Shown here piece after piece: positions 27,820-36,910 of a stretch of DNA of 48,398 nucleotides. Numbering within the stretch: the first letter of the stretch is position 1; every line of letters begins with the position of its first letter. This stretch comes from Desulfatiglandaceae bacterium. Lineage in GTDB: Bacteria > Desulfobacterota > DSM-4660 > Desulfatiglandales > Desulfatiglandaceae. The position numbers were made by a program, and so were the translations under genes. Under the pieces are notes generated by a model. That model was not told the origin of the DNA. It saw only the letters and a program-made list of their open reading frames with translations, and searched no databases. The stretch lies in contig JAWOGN010000320.1 in NCBI GenBank assembly GCA_046496815.1, positions 1 to 48,398 on the forward strand, read 5' to 3'.

Positions 27820-28728
27820 GTGACTTCTAAAAAACTCACCATATTCGTGGTGCCCGACGGAACAAGCCGGGTCAGACAATTCAAAATCCCCCGTTTTCTG
27901 CCGCTTATTTTTTGTATTCTCTTCTTGTCCATTTCCGTCATGGCGCTTTGGAGTATCCGAGACTATCAAGTCATAAAGACCCGGATGCCTCAGCTCTCCC
28001 GCTTGCAGATGGAGAATAAGCTTCAAAAAACGCAGTTGCAGCATTTGGCCCGGCGAATTGATGAAACGCTCACGCGGATGTGCGAACTGAAGGAATTTGA
28101 TCGCAAACTGAAAATCATGGTAAACTTGGAAAATGGGGATGAAGCGCAGGAATTTCAGGGAATCGGCGGCTCCGAACCCGGTGCACAACGCCCGCTGCTA
28201 ACGATGGCCGGAAACCGCGCGGAGTTTTTTCGATCCATGCACCGCTCGTTGGACGCGCTTGACAGCGAAATTACGACCAGCGAACAGGATAAGGCCGAGC
28301 TTTATAAATTTCTTGAAAACCAAAAAGTAATACTGGCATCTACGCCATCCATTTGGCCGACGAAGGGTTGGCTGAGTTCCCGCTTCGGGTACCGAATGTC
28401 CCCTTTCACAGGCAAAAAGGAATTCCACAAAGGAATCGACATATCCACGAGAATCGGGGCCCCCATTGTCGCCCCGGCAGATGGGATCGTATCGAAAGTT
28501 TACCAGGACCGTGGATACGGGAATGTCTTGTGCATTCATCATGGATATGGCGTAAGCACAAAATACGCCCATCTCAAGAATGCGCTTGTTAAAAAGGGAC
28601 AATTTGTCAACCGGGGTGAAACCATAGCGCTCGTGGGTAAAACCGGCCGAACCACGGGACCGCATCTGCATTATGAAGTGCATTTGAATAAGGTTGCCGT
28701 CGATCCGCTTCGATATATTTTCAACTAG
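27820..28728 (+). CDS. M23-family metallopeptidase (LytM/NlpD-like) with an N-terminal TM segment and coiled-coil
   Basis: GTG start. HKGIDIS, GYGNVLCIHHG and GPHLHYEV zinc-ligand motifs. Confidence 0.85.
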   Translation: MTSKKLTIFVVPDGTSRVRQFKIPRFLPLIFCILFLSISVMALWSIRDYQVIKTRMPQLSRLQMENKLQKTQLQHLARRIDETLTRMCELKEFDRKLKIMVNLENGDEAQEFQGIGGSEPGAQRPLLTMAGNRAEFFRSMHRSLDALDSEITTSEQDKAELYKFLENQKVILASTPSIWPTKGWLSSRFGYRMSPFTGKKEFHKGIDISTRIGAPIVAPADGIVSKVYQDRGYGNVLCIHHGYGVSTKYAHLKNALVKKGQFVNRGETIALVGKTGRTTGPHLHYEVHLNKVAVDPLRYIFN

Positions 28729-28972
28729 TTTTTCACGCATCCCCTCTGTCTTGCGAGCTTCTTAATTTGAAAGTGGACCCGATGTTTTTGAAATGTTTCA
28801 CCGCTTCAGCCGTATGGGCCTGAAAGATCATCCCGCTGCCTCCCCTGCAAACGCTCCGCGTCCATAATTTCTTGCTTTTTCAGGTACAAAGTTCTTAAAT
28901 ACTTTCTTTTCGATCTCTTGGCCCCTTAAAGGGTGATCAAATCAGCAACTTAGCCCGGTTCGGTAGGAAACC

Positions 28973-31831
28973 ATGTTTGGAAAAGTCATAAAAGGTGTTT
29001 TTGGTAGTAAAAATGAGCGGGAATTGAAGCGGATGGCGCCATTGGTCGATGAGATCAATCGGCTTGAACCGGAATTTCAAGCCCTTTCAGATTCACAGCT
29101 TAAAGGAAAAACCGCCGAATACAAAAGCCGGATTTCGAATGGGGAAACTTTGGACGAACTTCTGCCCGCGGCGTTCGCAGCGGTAAGAGAGGCCTCGGTG
29201 CGGGTTTTGGGAATGCGGCATTTCGATGTCCAATTGATCGGCGGCATTGTGCTTCATCGAGGAATTATCGCCGAGATGAAAACGGGTGAAGGGAAGACGC
29301 TTGCTGCGACGCTGCCCCTTTATTTGAATGCGTTGACGGGTCGAGGTGTCCATCTGGTGACGGTAAACGATTATCTGGCCCAACGGGATGCCGAATGGAT
29401 GGGGGGAATTTATAACGCCTTAGGCCTTTCTGTGGGGGTGATCATCCACGGGATGGATGACTCGGAAAGAAGGGATGCTTACCAATGCGACATCACCTAT
29501 GGAACCAACAATGAATTCGGCTTCGATTACCTCCGCGATAACATGAAATTCGATCTCGAGGATTTCGTGCAGAGAGATTTTTACTATGCCATCGTCGACG
29601 AGGTGGACAGTATTCTGATTGATGAGGCGAGAACCCCTTTGATTATCAGCGGACCGGTGGAGCGGGGCGAAAACAAAATTTACATGGAGGTCAAATCCCA
29701 TGTCATCAATCTCAAGAAAAAGCAGGCCGCCATCATACGTTCGCTTTTAAAAGAGGCGAAAGAGAGTCTTCACGCGGGAAATTTAGAAGAAAAAACAATC
29801 GAAACCCTCGTTCAAATCAAAAGAGGCGATCCCAAAAATCCGGTTTTTCTGGAGATTCTTTCTGAGAATCAGGCGCTGAAAAAGCAGATCGACAGAACAG
29901 AGAGTATGTTCAGTTCACAAAAACTTCTTCCCGAATTGGATCAAATTCTCTTCTGTACCATTGATGAACGCAGCAATTCCGTGGAACTCACCGATAAAGG
30001 AATCAAGCTGCTTTCAAGCAGCGACCTGGGTGACTTTGTTCTCCCCGACCTAGATGCGGAAAGTCAAGCCTTGCGGGAAGATGAACTGCCCAACGAGGAA
30101 GAAAAAGTCGAGCGGCTTAAGGAGCTTGAAGCACGATACATGAGAACCTCAGAGCTCCTGCATGCGACCCAGCAGCTCATCAAAGCCTACTGGCTGTTTG
30201 AAAAGGATGTCCAATACGTTCTGAAAGACGGCCAGGTCATGATCGTAGATGAATTCACGGGCCGCATGATGCCCGGGCGCCGATGGAGCGACGGGCTCCA
30301 CCAAGCCGTCGAGGCCAAGGAGGGCGTGAGCGTCGCGGGTGAAAATCAGACCTTGGCCACGATCACCTTTCAAAATTTTTTTCGAATGTACGAAAAACTT
30401 GCGGGCATGACAGGAACCGCCGATACGGAGGCAGCGGAATTCAACAATATTTACAAACTGGATGTCATGGTTATACCGACGAACAAAAAAATGATCCGCG
30501 ATGACTACCCTGATGTGATCTACAAATCAGAAAGGGAAAAATTCAAAGCTGTCGTAGAGGAAATCAAAACGCTGCATGAAAAGGGGCAGCCGGTTCTGGT
30601 GGGGACCATCTCCATTGAAAAATCGGAAATGCTAAGCAAGATGCTGAAAAGGGCCGGAATTCCTCATTCTGTCTTGAATGCCAAGCACCATCAACAGGAA
30701 GCGGAAATTATTGCCAACGCAGGTCAAGCAAAGACCGTAACCATTTCCACAAATATGGCCGGCAGAGGAACCGACATTGTGCTCGGGGAAGGCGTACGGG
30801 AGTTGAATGGCCTCCACATTCTCGGGACCGAACGGCATGAGAGTCGTCGTATCGACAACCAGTTGAGGGGACGATCGGGCAGGCAAGGCGATCCCGGCTC
30901 TTCTCGTTTTTATCTCTCCCTGGAGGACGATCTCCTTCGGATTTTCGGCTCTGAGAGAATTTCATCCTTAATGGGACGGATGGGTATGGAAGAAGGCGAA
31001 CCCATCGAGCACAACCTGATCTCCCGGGGCATTGAAAATGCTCAGAAAAAAGTGGAAGGCCATAACTTTGATATCAGAAAGCACTTGCTCGAATATGACG
31101 ACGTGATGAACAAACACCGGGAGATTATCTACTCCCTGCGTAAGGAAATCCTGGATGGCCATGGTCTTGGAGAGATCATGGAGAGCATGATTGATGAGAA
31201 AGTGGCGGCCCTGGTGGAAAAATGGATAGACCCAAAGGAATATCCCGAAAACTGGGAAATTCAGGGCCTGATGGATACTTCTTCCAGGCTTTTCGGATTC
31301 CGGCCGAAAATCGGTCCTGAGGATATGGGAGAAGAGGCATTTGACAAAGTCAAATTGGAGGATTTGACCGAATTGATCGCGGAACAGGTTCGGAGTGCTT
31401 ACCAACAGAAAGTGAAACTTTTTGGAAAAGAAGACCTGGAACGGATTGAGCGATTGATAATGCTTCAAATCATCGATAATCAATGGGTTGGGCATCTTCA
31501 GGACATGGAACATATGAAGGAAGGCATTGGCCTCAGAGGCTATGGGCAACTGGATCCGCTCAAAGAGTATCAAAAGGAAGGGTTTGCACTTTTTGGGGAG
31601 TTGATGGATCGGATTCGGGAAGAAACCCTGAGTACGCTTTTTCGTATCCAACTCATGCGGCGTGAAAGGGATGTGATGCCCAAGAAGCAGAATAAGCCGA
31701 TCCACCTCAGCCATGGAGACGCTGGTGGGACACCCGCCACGGTTCGGCGAAAAGGAAAAAAAATCGGACGAAATGATCCGTGCCCGTGCGGGAGCGGAAA
31801 GAAGTTTAAGAAATGTTGCGGCGCGAAATGA
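28973..31831 (+). CDS. secA: Preprotein translocase ATPase SecA
   Basis: Walker [14 protein letters not shown]-like [29 protein letters not shown]-terminal zinc finger [14 protein letters not shown]. Confidence 0.97.
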   Translation: MFGKVIKGVFGSKNERELKRMAPLVDEINRLEPEFQALSDSQLKGKTAEYKSRISNGETLDELLPAAFAAVREASVRVLGMRHFDVQLIGGIVLHRGIIAEMKTGEGKTLAATLPLYLNALTGRGVHLVTVNDYLAQRDAEWMGGIYNALGLSVGVIIHGMDDSERRDAYQCDITYGTNNEFGFDYLRDNMKFDLEDFVQRDFYYAIVDEVDSILIDEARTPLIISGPVERGENKIYMEVKSHVINLKKKQAAIIRSLLKEAKESLHAGNLEEKTIETLVQIKRGDPKNPVFLEILSENQALKKQIDRTESMFSSQKLLPELDQILFCTIDERSNSVELTDKGIKLLSSSDLGDFVLPDLDAESQALREDELPNEEEKVERLKELEARYMRTSELLHATQQLIKAYWLFEKDVQYVLKDGQVMIVDEFTGRMMPGRRWSDGLHQAVEAKEGVSVAGENQTLATITFQNFFRMYEKLAGMTGTADTEAAEFNNIYKLDVMVIPTNKKMIRDDYPDVIYKSEREKFKAVVEEIKTLHEKGQPVLVGTISIEKSEMLSKMLKRAGIPHSVLNAKHHQQEAEIIANAGQAKTVTISTNMAGRGTDIVLGEGVRELNGLHILGTERHESRRIDNQLRGRSGRQGDPGSSRFYLSLEDDLLRIFGSERISSLMGRMGMEEGEPIEHNLISRGIENAQKKVEGHNFDIRKHLLEYDDVMNKHREIIYSLRKEILDGHGLGEIMESMIDEKVAALVEKWIDPKEYPENWEIQGLMDTSSRLFGFRPKIGPEDMGEEAFDKVKLEDLTELIAEQVRSAYQQKVKLFGKEDLERIERLIMLQIIDNQWVGHLQDMEHMKEGIGLRGYGQLDPLKEYQKEGFALFGELMDRIREETLSTLFRIQLMRRERDVMPKKQNKPIHLSHGDAGGTPATVRRKGKKIGRNDPCPCGSGKKFKKCCGAK

Positions 31832-31898
31832 GCTTGACCGAGAAAACTTTTTTATGCCTGATGGACCGCAACCCCTCTCACTCATCGGTGATGACCCT

Positions 31899-33089
31899 AT
31901 GACCCCAGTTGATTACATAGTTCCCGGATTTAAGGCGTCCGCGGTGTCGGCGGGACTCAAAAAAGATGGCGTGTTGGATCTTGCACTCATCTTCTCCGAA
32001 AAGGAGGCGGCGGCAGTGGGCGTTTTCACCACCAATCTGGTAAAGGCGGCGCCGGTCGTTTTGAGCCGGGAAAATCTTCGAAGCGGAAAGGCACGGGCCA
32101 TTATCGCGAATGCTGGAAATGCCAATGCCTGCACCGGGACTTCGGGGCTTGCGGATGCCCGCAGGACTGCGGAATTGGTCGCCGCGAGGTTGGGAATCGC
32201 TCCCTCCGATGTGCTCGTCGCCTCCACCGGCGTTATCGGCCGACCGTTGCAGATGAACCGCATTGAAAAAGTCATACCCGACCTGACATCCGGGCTTTCC
32301 CCCCAGGGCATCTCAATGGTGGCGCGGGCGATACTGACCACCGATTCCTTTGTAAAAATCAGCCATTTTGAAGACCACGCAGGTGGCGTGCCATACAGGA
32401 TTTTGGGTGTAGCCAAAGGTGCCGGCATGATCATGCCGAACATGGCAACCATGCTCTGTTTTATCATCAGCGATATCCGGATTGACGCACCCGACTTGAA
32501 AGGCGCGGCCCTTTCTTCGGTTCATTCCACATTTAATCGAATCACTGTGGATGGAGACACCAGCACCAACGATGCGGTCCTGATCATGGCCAATGGGAAG
32601 GCGGGGAACAGAACACTGACCGAAGCGGACTCCAAACGTTTCACCCGCGGTCTTGAGAAAGTGACGGGGGACCTCGCACACATGATTGTTCAAGACGGTG
32701 AGGGTGCCACCAAGCTGATCCACATTGTCCTGAAAGGCGCTCACAGTGCTTCCGATGCGTTGAGCGCTGCAAGAACAGTGGCGAATTCCAGCCTTTTTAA
32801 AACCGCTTGTTACGGCGAGGATCCCAACTGGGGCAGAATCATGGCTGCCCTCGGCAGAGCCGGTATCCGGATGGAACCCGCGCACGTGGATATTTGGATT
32901 GATAGTGTACAGATCGTTTCCGGAGGTTTGGGAAAAGGCTCCGGGCCCGAACAAAATGCCGCCGAAAAAATGAGTCAAAAGCAGTTTTGCGTGACGATCG
33001 ACCTGCATCAGGGTAATTTCCAGGACCATATCTTTACCTGTGATCTCACACACGAATATGTGACAATCAATGCAGACTACCGGACGTAG
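31899..33089 (+). CDS. argJ: Bifunctional ornithine acetyltransferase / N-acetylglutamate synthase ArgJ
   Basis: ORF 31713..33089 overlaps secA. Start placed at ATG 31899 (MTPVDYIVPGFKA..AGLKK, a typical ArgJ N-terminus); 31854 is the alternative. Autoproteolysis site PNMATMLCF. Confidence 0.9.
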   Translation: MTPVDYIVPGFKASAVSAGLKKDGVLDLALIFSEKEAAAVGVFTTNLVKAAPVVLSRENLRSGKARAIIANAGNANACTGTSGLADARRTAELVAARLGIAPSDVLVASTGVIGRPLQMNRIEKVIPDLTSGLSPQGISMVARAILTTDSFVKISHFEDHAGGVPYRILGVAKGAGMIMPNMATMLCFIISDIRIDAPDLKGAALSSVHSTFNRITVDGDTSTNDAVLIMANGKAGNRTLTEADSKRFTRGLEKVTGDLAHMIVQDGEGATKLIHIVLKGAHSASDALSAARTVANSSLFKTACYGEDPNWGRIMAALGRAGIRMEPAHVDIWIDSVQIVSGGLGKGSGPEQNAAEKMSQKQFCVTIDLHQGNFQDHIFTCDLTHEYVTINADYRT

Positions 33090-33276
33090 ATTGCATCGAG
33101 CCGGCGGCATGTGGATTTGCGCCGGGATTCAGTAAGAACATTTCATGCCGCTGATGATCTCGGTGAACATTTCATGAAATATATTTTGATTCGATGAACC
33201 TCGGTTTACCCGTTCCGCCTCAAAATTAAATAATCCGAAAAAAACGCGAACCGGATCAAAATTTCAGGGGGCTACC

Positions 33277-33930
33277 GTGTTGGATTCAATGAAAAAAACG
33301 AAGCTCGATCGACCCATGGTTTTGGCAACGCGCAATGAGGGGAAGATTTCCGAGTTCAGACAGCTTCTGAGTGATTTTGATGTCAAGATAAAAAGTCTCA
33401 ATGATTTCGGCCCGATTCCTCCCGTGGTGGAAGACGGGAAGACTTTCGAAGATAATGCCTATAAAAAGGCCCATTTTACGGCAAGATTTCTCGGGTTGCC
33501 GGCCCTTGCAGACGATTCGGGTCTTCTCGTAGAAGCGCTCGACGGTGCGCCGGGAGTCCTATCGGCTCGCTATGCGGGAAAAGATGCCACCGATGAAATA
33601 AACAATATAAAACTGCTGAAGGCCATGAAGGGTTTGGGGGTAAGAGACGCTTCCTTTGTGTGCACGATCGCTATTGCAGTGCCTGCGGGTCCCGCCCTGA
33701 TATACGAGGGCAGATGTGACGGCCTGATTGCACCAAGGCTTCTCGGAAGAAATGGTTTCGGGTACGATCCGATATTCTTTTTTCCCCCGCTCAAAAAAAC
33801 CTTTGCGCAACTGTCGGCGGCGGAAAAAAATCGTATCAGCCACCGCGGAAAAGCCATGGCAGAACTCAGGAGCGAATTTGATAAGGTTTTGATATGGCTC
33901 AAACAAAGGCTTGCGGCGGCACCATACTAA
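33277..33930 (+). CDS. rdgB: Non-canonical purine NTP pyrophosphatase (RdgB/HAM1 family)
   Basis: GTG 33277 with AGGGGG upstream (ATG 33289 is the alternative). Motifs ATRNEGKISEF, DDSGL and GFGYDPIF. Confidence 0.85.
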   Translation: MLDSMKKTKLDRPMVLATRNEGKISEFRQLLSDFDVKIKSLNDFGPIPPVVEDGKTFEDNAYKKAHFTARFLGLPALADDSGLLVEALDGAPGVLSARYAGKDATDEINNIKLLKAMKGLGVRDASFVCTIAIAVPAGPALIYEGRCDGLIAPRLLGRNGFGYDPIFFFPPLKKTFAQLSAAEKNRISHRGKAMAELRSEFDKVLIWLKQRLAAAPY

Positions 33931-34036
33931 GGGCAACGTGTAACCTTTCTGTGTTCTGTGTCTCACAATTGACAGTGCGGTTTTCATACATATGTTTCAT
34001 TTAAATTATGTCTAAAAAAACCTGTAGGAGGTACCT

Positions 34037-34351
34037 ATGTTTGAAGTTACGGAAAAAGCCAGTGAAATGATCAAAGAGTTTCTCAAAGATAAAAAACAGA
34101 TCCCACCCATTCGTATTATGCTGTCGGGCGGTGGCTGATCGGGGCCCTCAATGGGCATGGCTCTGGATGAGTCACGGGAGACCGATGAAGTTTTTGATGA
34201 TCGGGGCATTACCTACGTCATCGACAGGGATTTTCTTGAACGGGTGAAACCTATAAGAGTCGACTACGTCAACTCCGCCATGGGTTCCGGTTTCTCTATT
34301 TCCTCCAGCATGCAAACTGGAGGCTCATGCGGCGGATCTTGTAGTTGCTGA
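34037..34351 (+). CDS. HesB/IscA-like A-type Fe-S carrier, predicted selenoprotein (in-frame UGA at 34136-34138)
   Basis: ATG 34037 with AGGAGG 6 nt upstream. It is in the same frame as track ORF 34151..34351, across one TGA. The joined product reads MFEVTEKASEMIKEFLKDKKQIPPIRIMLSGGG-U-SGPSMGMALDE...GFSISSSMQTGGSCGGSCSC. The TGA replaces the Cys of the family motif GGGCSG. Confidence 0.7.
34139..34166 (+). promoter_or_regulatory. Candidate bacterial SECIS hairpin
   Basis: Directly after the UGA, tcggggcc / ggctctgg can form an 8-bp stem (3 G-U pairs) around a 12-nt loop ctcaatgggcat. The loop has a G run 15-17 nt from the UGA. Hand-folded only. Confidence 0.3.
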
Positions 34352-34365
34352 GAACGGAAAGATCC

Positions 34366-34420
34366 AACCACCATCTACAGCCTAATTGAATGCTTTGTGC
34401 ATGGGGATGGTGGTTTTTTC
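34366..34420 (+). terminator. Putative terminator after the HesB-like gene
   Basis: aaccaccatc (34366-34375) pairs with gatggtggtt (34406-34415) and is followed by TTTT. The loop is long (30 nt), so confidence is moderate. Confidence 0.45.
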
Positions 34421-34494
34421 CTCCATATGGTCGTTCATGAGGGGCGTGGGAGTCGATAAAAAAGTAGCGCCTCCCCCCCTCCCCGGTGTTGCGG

Positions 34495-34929
34495 CTAAAA
34501 AGCCCCCAGTTGGCAGGATGAAATTTTTATCCCCACTGCCTCGCACGCAGCGGAGACATCCATTTTGCTGATTCCATGCTTTTGCGCGATTTCCCAGGCG
34601 GACTTACAAGAAAGACGTCCCGCTACGAGTGCGTCACGGATTGCATCTCGAAGGATATCCGAGACGGTCTCAGCCGGTTTCACGACTCTTTTTTGGGGTC
34701 GATACCCATAAAGTCCCAGCTGGCACTTGGTTAATCGTATTTCAAGACAATCAATTGTAAAACCAACCTCCAAAGGCGGTGTTTTGGTATCTTCAGCAAT
34801 TCTATGTGCCGCCGCGCATGATATTTCCCCATTCAAACCTTTTCGCTTTACGGCGTCTGCGACCTCCGGTTTGGGTTCACGGTCCGATGGGTGCTTTTTT
34901 TTGTAATGTCCGGCATCCTCGTGTGTCAT
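34495..34929 (-). CDS. Hypothetical protein with two tandem Cys-containing HTH-like repeats
   Basis: Internal duplication: EISCAAAHRIAEDTKTPPLEVGFTIDCLEIRLTKCQLGLYG and RLSCKSAWEIAQKHGISKMDVSAACEAVGIKISSCQLGAF. Each copy follows SC...IA...C...CQLG. Confidence 0.6.
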   Translation of the reverse strand: MTHEDAGHYKKKHPSDREPKPEVADAVKRKGLNGEISCAAAHRIAEDTKTPPLEVGFTIDCLEIRLTKCQLGLYGYRPQKRVVKPAETVSDILRDAIRDALVAGRLSCKSAWEIAQKHGISKMDVSAACEAVGIKISSCQLGAF

Positions 34930-35299
34930 AACATAAACCTCAAGTTTTCTTTTGGGTGAGTGTTGGGTTTCATTCCCCTTTTAGTCTAGCTTTTCCCTGA
35001 ATCATATATCAAGTGTGGAAATGAATATCAGGGCCGCCGCGCCCACAAATTCAACGCTCGATGCAATGTATTCCTACCATCAGAGCGATTTTCATTCACA
35101 GTCAAGTTGTGGGATCCGTATCTCGTCAGATTACCCGTTCGGTTAGCCGAAAGGGGACATTCGCGTTATAATCCGCTCCATTCAAATGTGCAGGCACAGG
35201 ACGCTTTTTGGGAATCTTGTGGGCCAAGCCCTTTACACATGACCTGATTTGAAGTATCAGATAATGGGGCCGTCACATGAAATTGAACGAGGTGTGGGT

Positions 35300-35959
35300 A
35301 TGATCAAAGATCGTGTGAAAAAGATGCTGGATGAATTGCCGGATACCGTTGAGCTTGTTGCAGCAGCAAAAACGAGAACGTTGGAAGAAGTTCTGGAAGG
35401 CCTGGAAGCAGGCTTGAAAATTCTTGGCCAAAATTATGTCCAGGAGGCCGAGAAACTGCATCGTGTCGTCGGCGGACGAGCCAAATGGCACATGATCGGT
35501 CACCTCCAGAGCAACAAGGCAAAAAAGGCGGTTGAGATTTTCGACATGATTGAAACGGTGGATTCAGTCAAGCTTGGCGCTGCCATTGATAAGGCTTGCC
35601 GGAAGGCGGGGAAAGTGATGCCGATCCTTATCGAAATCAACAGTGGAGAAGAATCTCAAAAGGCCGGTGTCATGCCTGAAGACGCCATCTCTCTGGTGAA
35701 GGAGCTTTCTCAGCTGAAAAATATCAGGATTAAGGGGCTTATGACGATGGGACCCTTTGAAGGGGATCCGGAAACTTCACGCCCCTATTTTCAGAAAACC
35801 AGAAAACTGTTCGAGGAGATCAAGGGGATGAATCTGCCCCGCGTTGAAATGAAGCATCTTTCCATGGGCATGTCGAATTCCTACAAGGTCGCCCTTGAAG
35901 AGGGCGCCAATATGGTGAGGATCGGAACGAGGCTGTTTGGAGAGCGAAATTACAAGTAA
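35300..35959 (+). CDS. yggS: YggS-family pyridoxal-phosphate homeostasis protein
   Basis: ORF 35249..35959, trimmed to ATG 35300. Motifs LVAAAKTR (PLP Lys), HMIGHLQSNK and SMGMSNSY. Confidence 0.85.
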   Translation: MIKDRVKKMLDELPDTVELVAAAKTRTLEEVLEGLEAGLKILGQNYVQEAEKLHRVVGGRAKWHMIGHLQSNKAKKAVEIFDMIETVDSVKLGAAIDKACRKAGKVMPILIEINSGEESQKAGVMPEDAISLVKELSQLKNIRIKGLMTMGPFEGDPETSRPYFQKTRKLFEEIKGMNLPRVEMKHLSMGMSNSYKVALEEGANMVRIGTRLFGERNYK

Positions 35960-36042
35960 TGGCCATTTCCCGCGGATTCCAAAGGGCTGTTTCGCATTTT
36001 CCGCCAGTGCATTGATTGAATGTGTGAGGCTGATTTGATCTC

Positions 36043-36762
36043 GTGAGTCATGTCGCCAAAGAAATACGACGCCTTATGGGAAAGGCGATGCATTCCCGTC
36101 AAATGGCAAGGGATGGGGACCACATCATGGTTGCGGTCTCCGGCGGTAAGGATAGCCTGGCACTTTTGTGGCTTCTCAGAGAACGGATTAAACGGATACC
36201 GATTGATTACAAAATTACGGCCGTGCATGTGGATCCCGGTTTTGGAACGCGATCGGCCGACCGAATGAAATCATTTTTTACAGAACATGAATTTCATTTT
36301 CGTGTCATCGAAAGCGACATTGGTCCGAAAGCTCATGAACGCAAGAATCTGGAAAACCCTTGCTTTCTCTGCGCACGCTTAAGAAGGAAGCTCCTCTTTG
36401 AAACGGCTGCAGCGCTTAAATGCAACCGGATCGCCTTTGGGCATCACAAGGATGACTTGATTGAAACCTTCTTTTTAAACCTCCTTTTTGGCGCCTCCAT
36501 CAGCACCATGCGGCCGGTTCAACCGCTCTTTAAAGGAAAACTCACGGTGATTCGGCCACTCTTTCTGGTCGATGAGGATCGCATTCGACAATATTCTCAG
36601 TCCATGGGTTGGCCCAAGATCTTACTGGGCTGCCCAACGGCGGGCTCTACCAAGAGGCAGGAGATCAAAAGCATGCTTCAGCAGTGCTACCGATCGAACA
36701 AGAAAGTCAAAGGAAATATTTTTCATGCGTTGCAAAACGTGGATGCCCAATACGTGGTGTGA
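36043..36762 (+). CDS. PP-loop ATPase, tRNA 2-thiocytidine synthase TtcA-like
   Basis: GTG start. PP-loop VAVSGGKDSLALLWLL. CFLCARLRR Cys motif. GHHKDD. Confidence 0.8.
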   Translation: MSHVAKEIRRLMGKAMHSRQMARDGDHIMVAVSGGKDSLALLWLLRERIKRIPIDYKITAVHVDPGFGTRSADRMKSFFTEHEFHFRVIESDIGPKAHERKNLENPCFLCARLRRKLLFETAAALKCNRIAFGHHKDDLIETFFLNLLFGASISTMRPVQPLFKGKLTVIRPLFLVDEDRIRQYSQSMGWPKILLGCPTAGSTKRQEIKSMLQQCYRSNKKVKGNIFHALQNVDAQYVV

Positions 36763-36910
36763 CATCGAAGCATGGTTGAAATTCAAAAATTATTGGGTTC
36801 GGCGATCTGAGGTTATCTCTTGGAGAAACGCTTTTCAAAAGAGGGGATAAACAAGCAAGAGATTTCGGAGTACGCCGGATTTTTGGGTTTCAGCTGAAGA
36901 GGATGTTCGC

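Noticed and set aside
28198-28740. 180-aa minus-strand ORF
   Set aside because: It is antisense to the M23 peptidase gene, which has clear zinc-ligand motifs.
30968-31885. 305-aa minus-strand ORF
   Set aside because: It is antisense to secA and low-complexity, with no family features. Shadow ORF.
32313-33110. 265-aa minus-strand ORF (also 31913..32467)
   Set aside because: It is antisense to argJ, whose ATML autoprocessing site and N-terminus are unambiguous.
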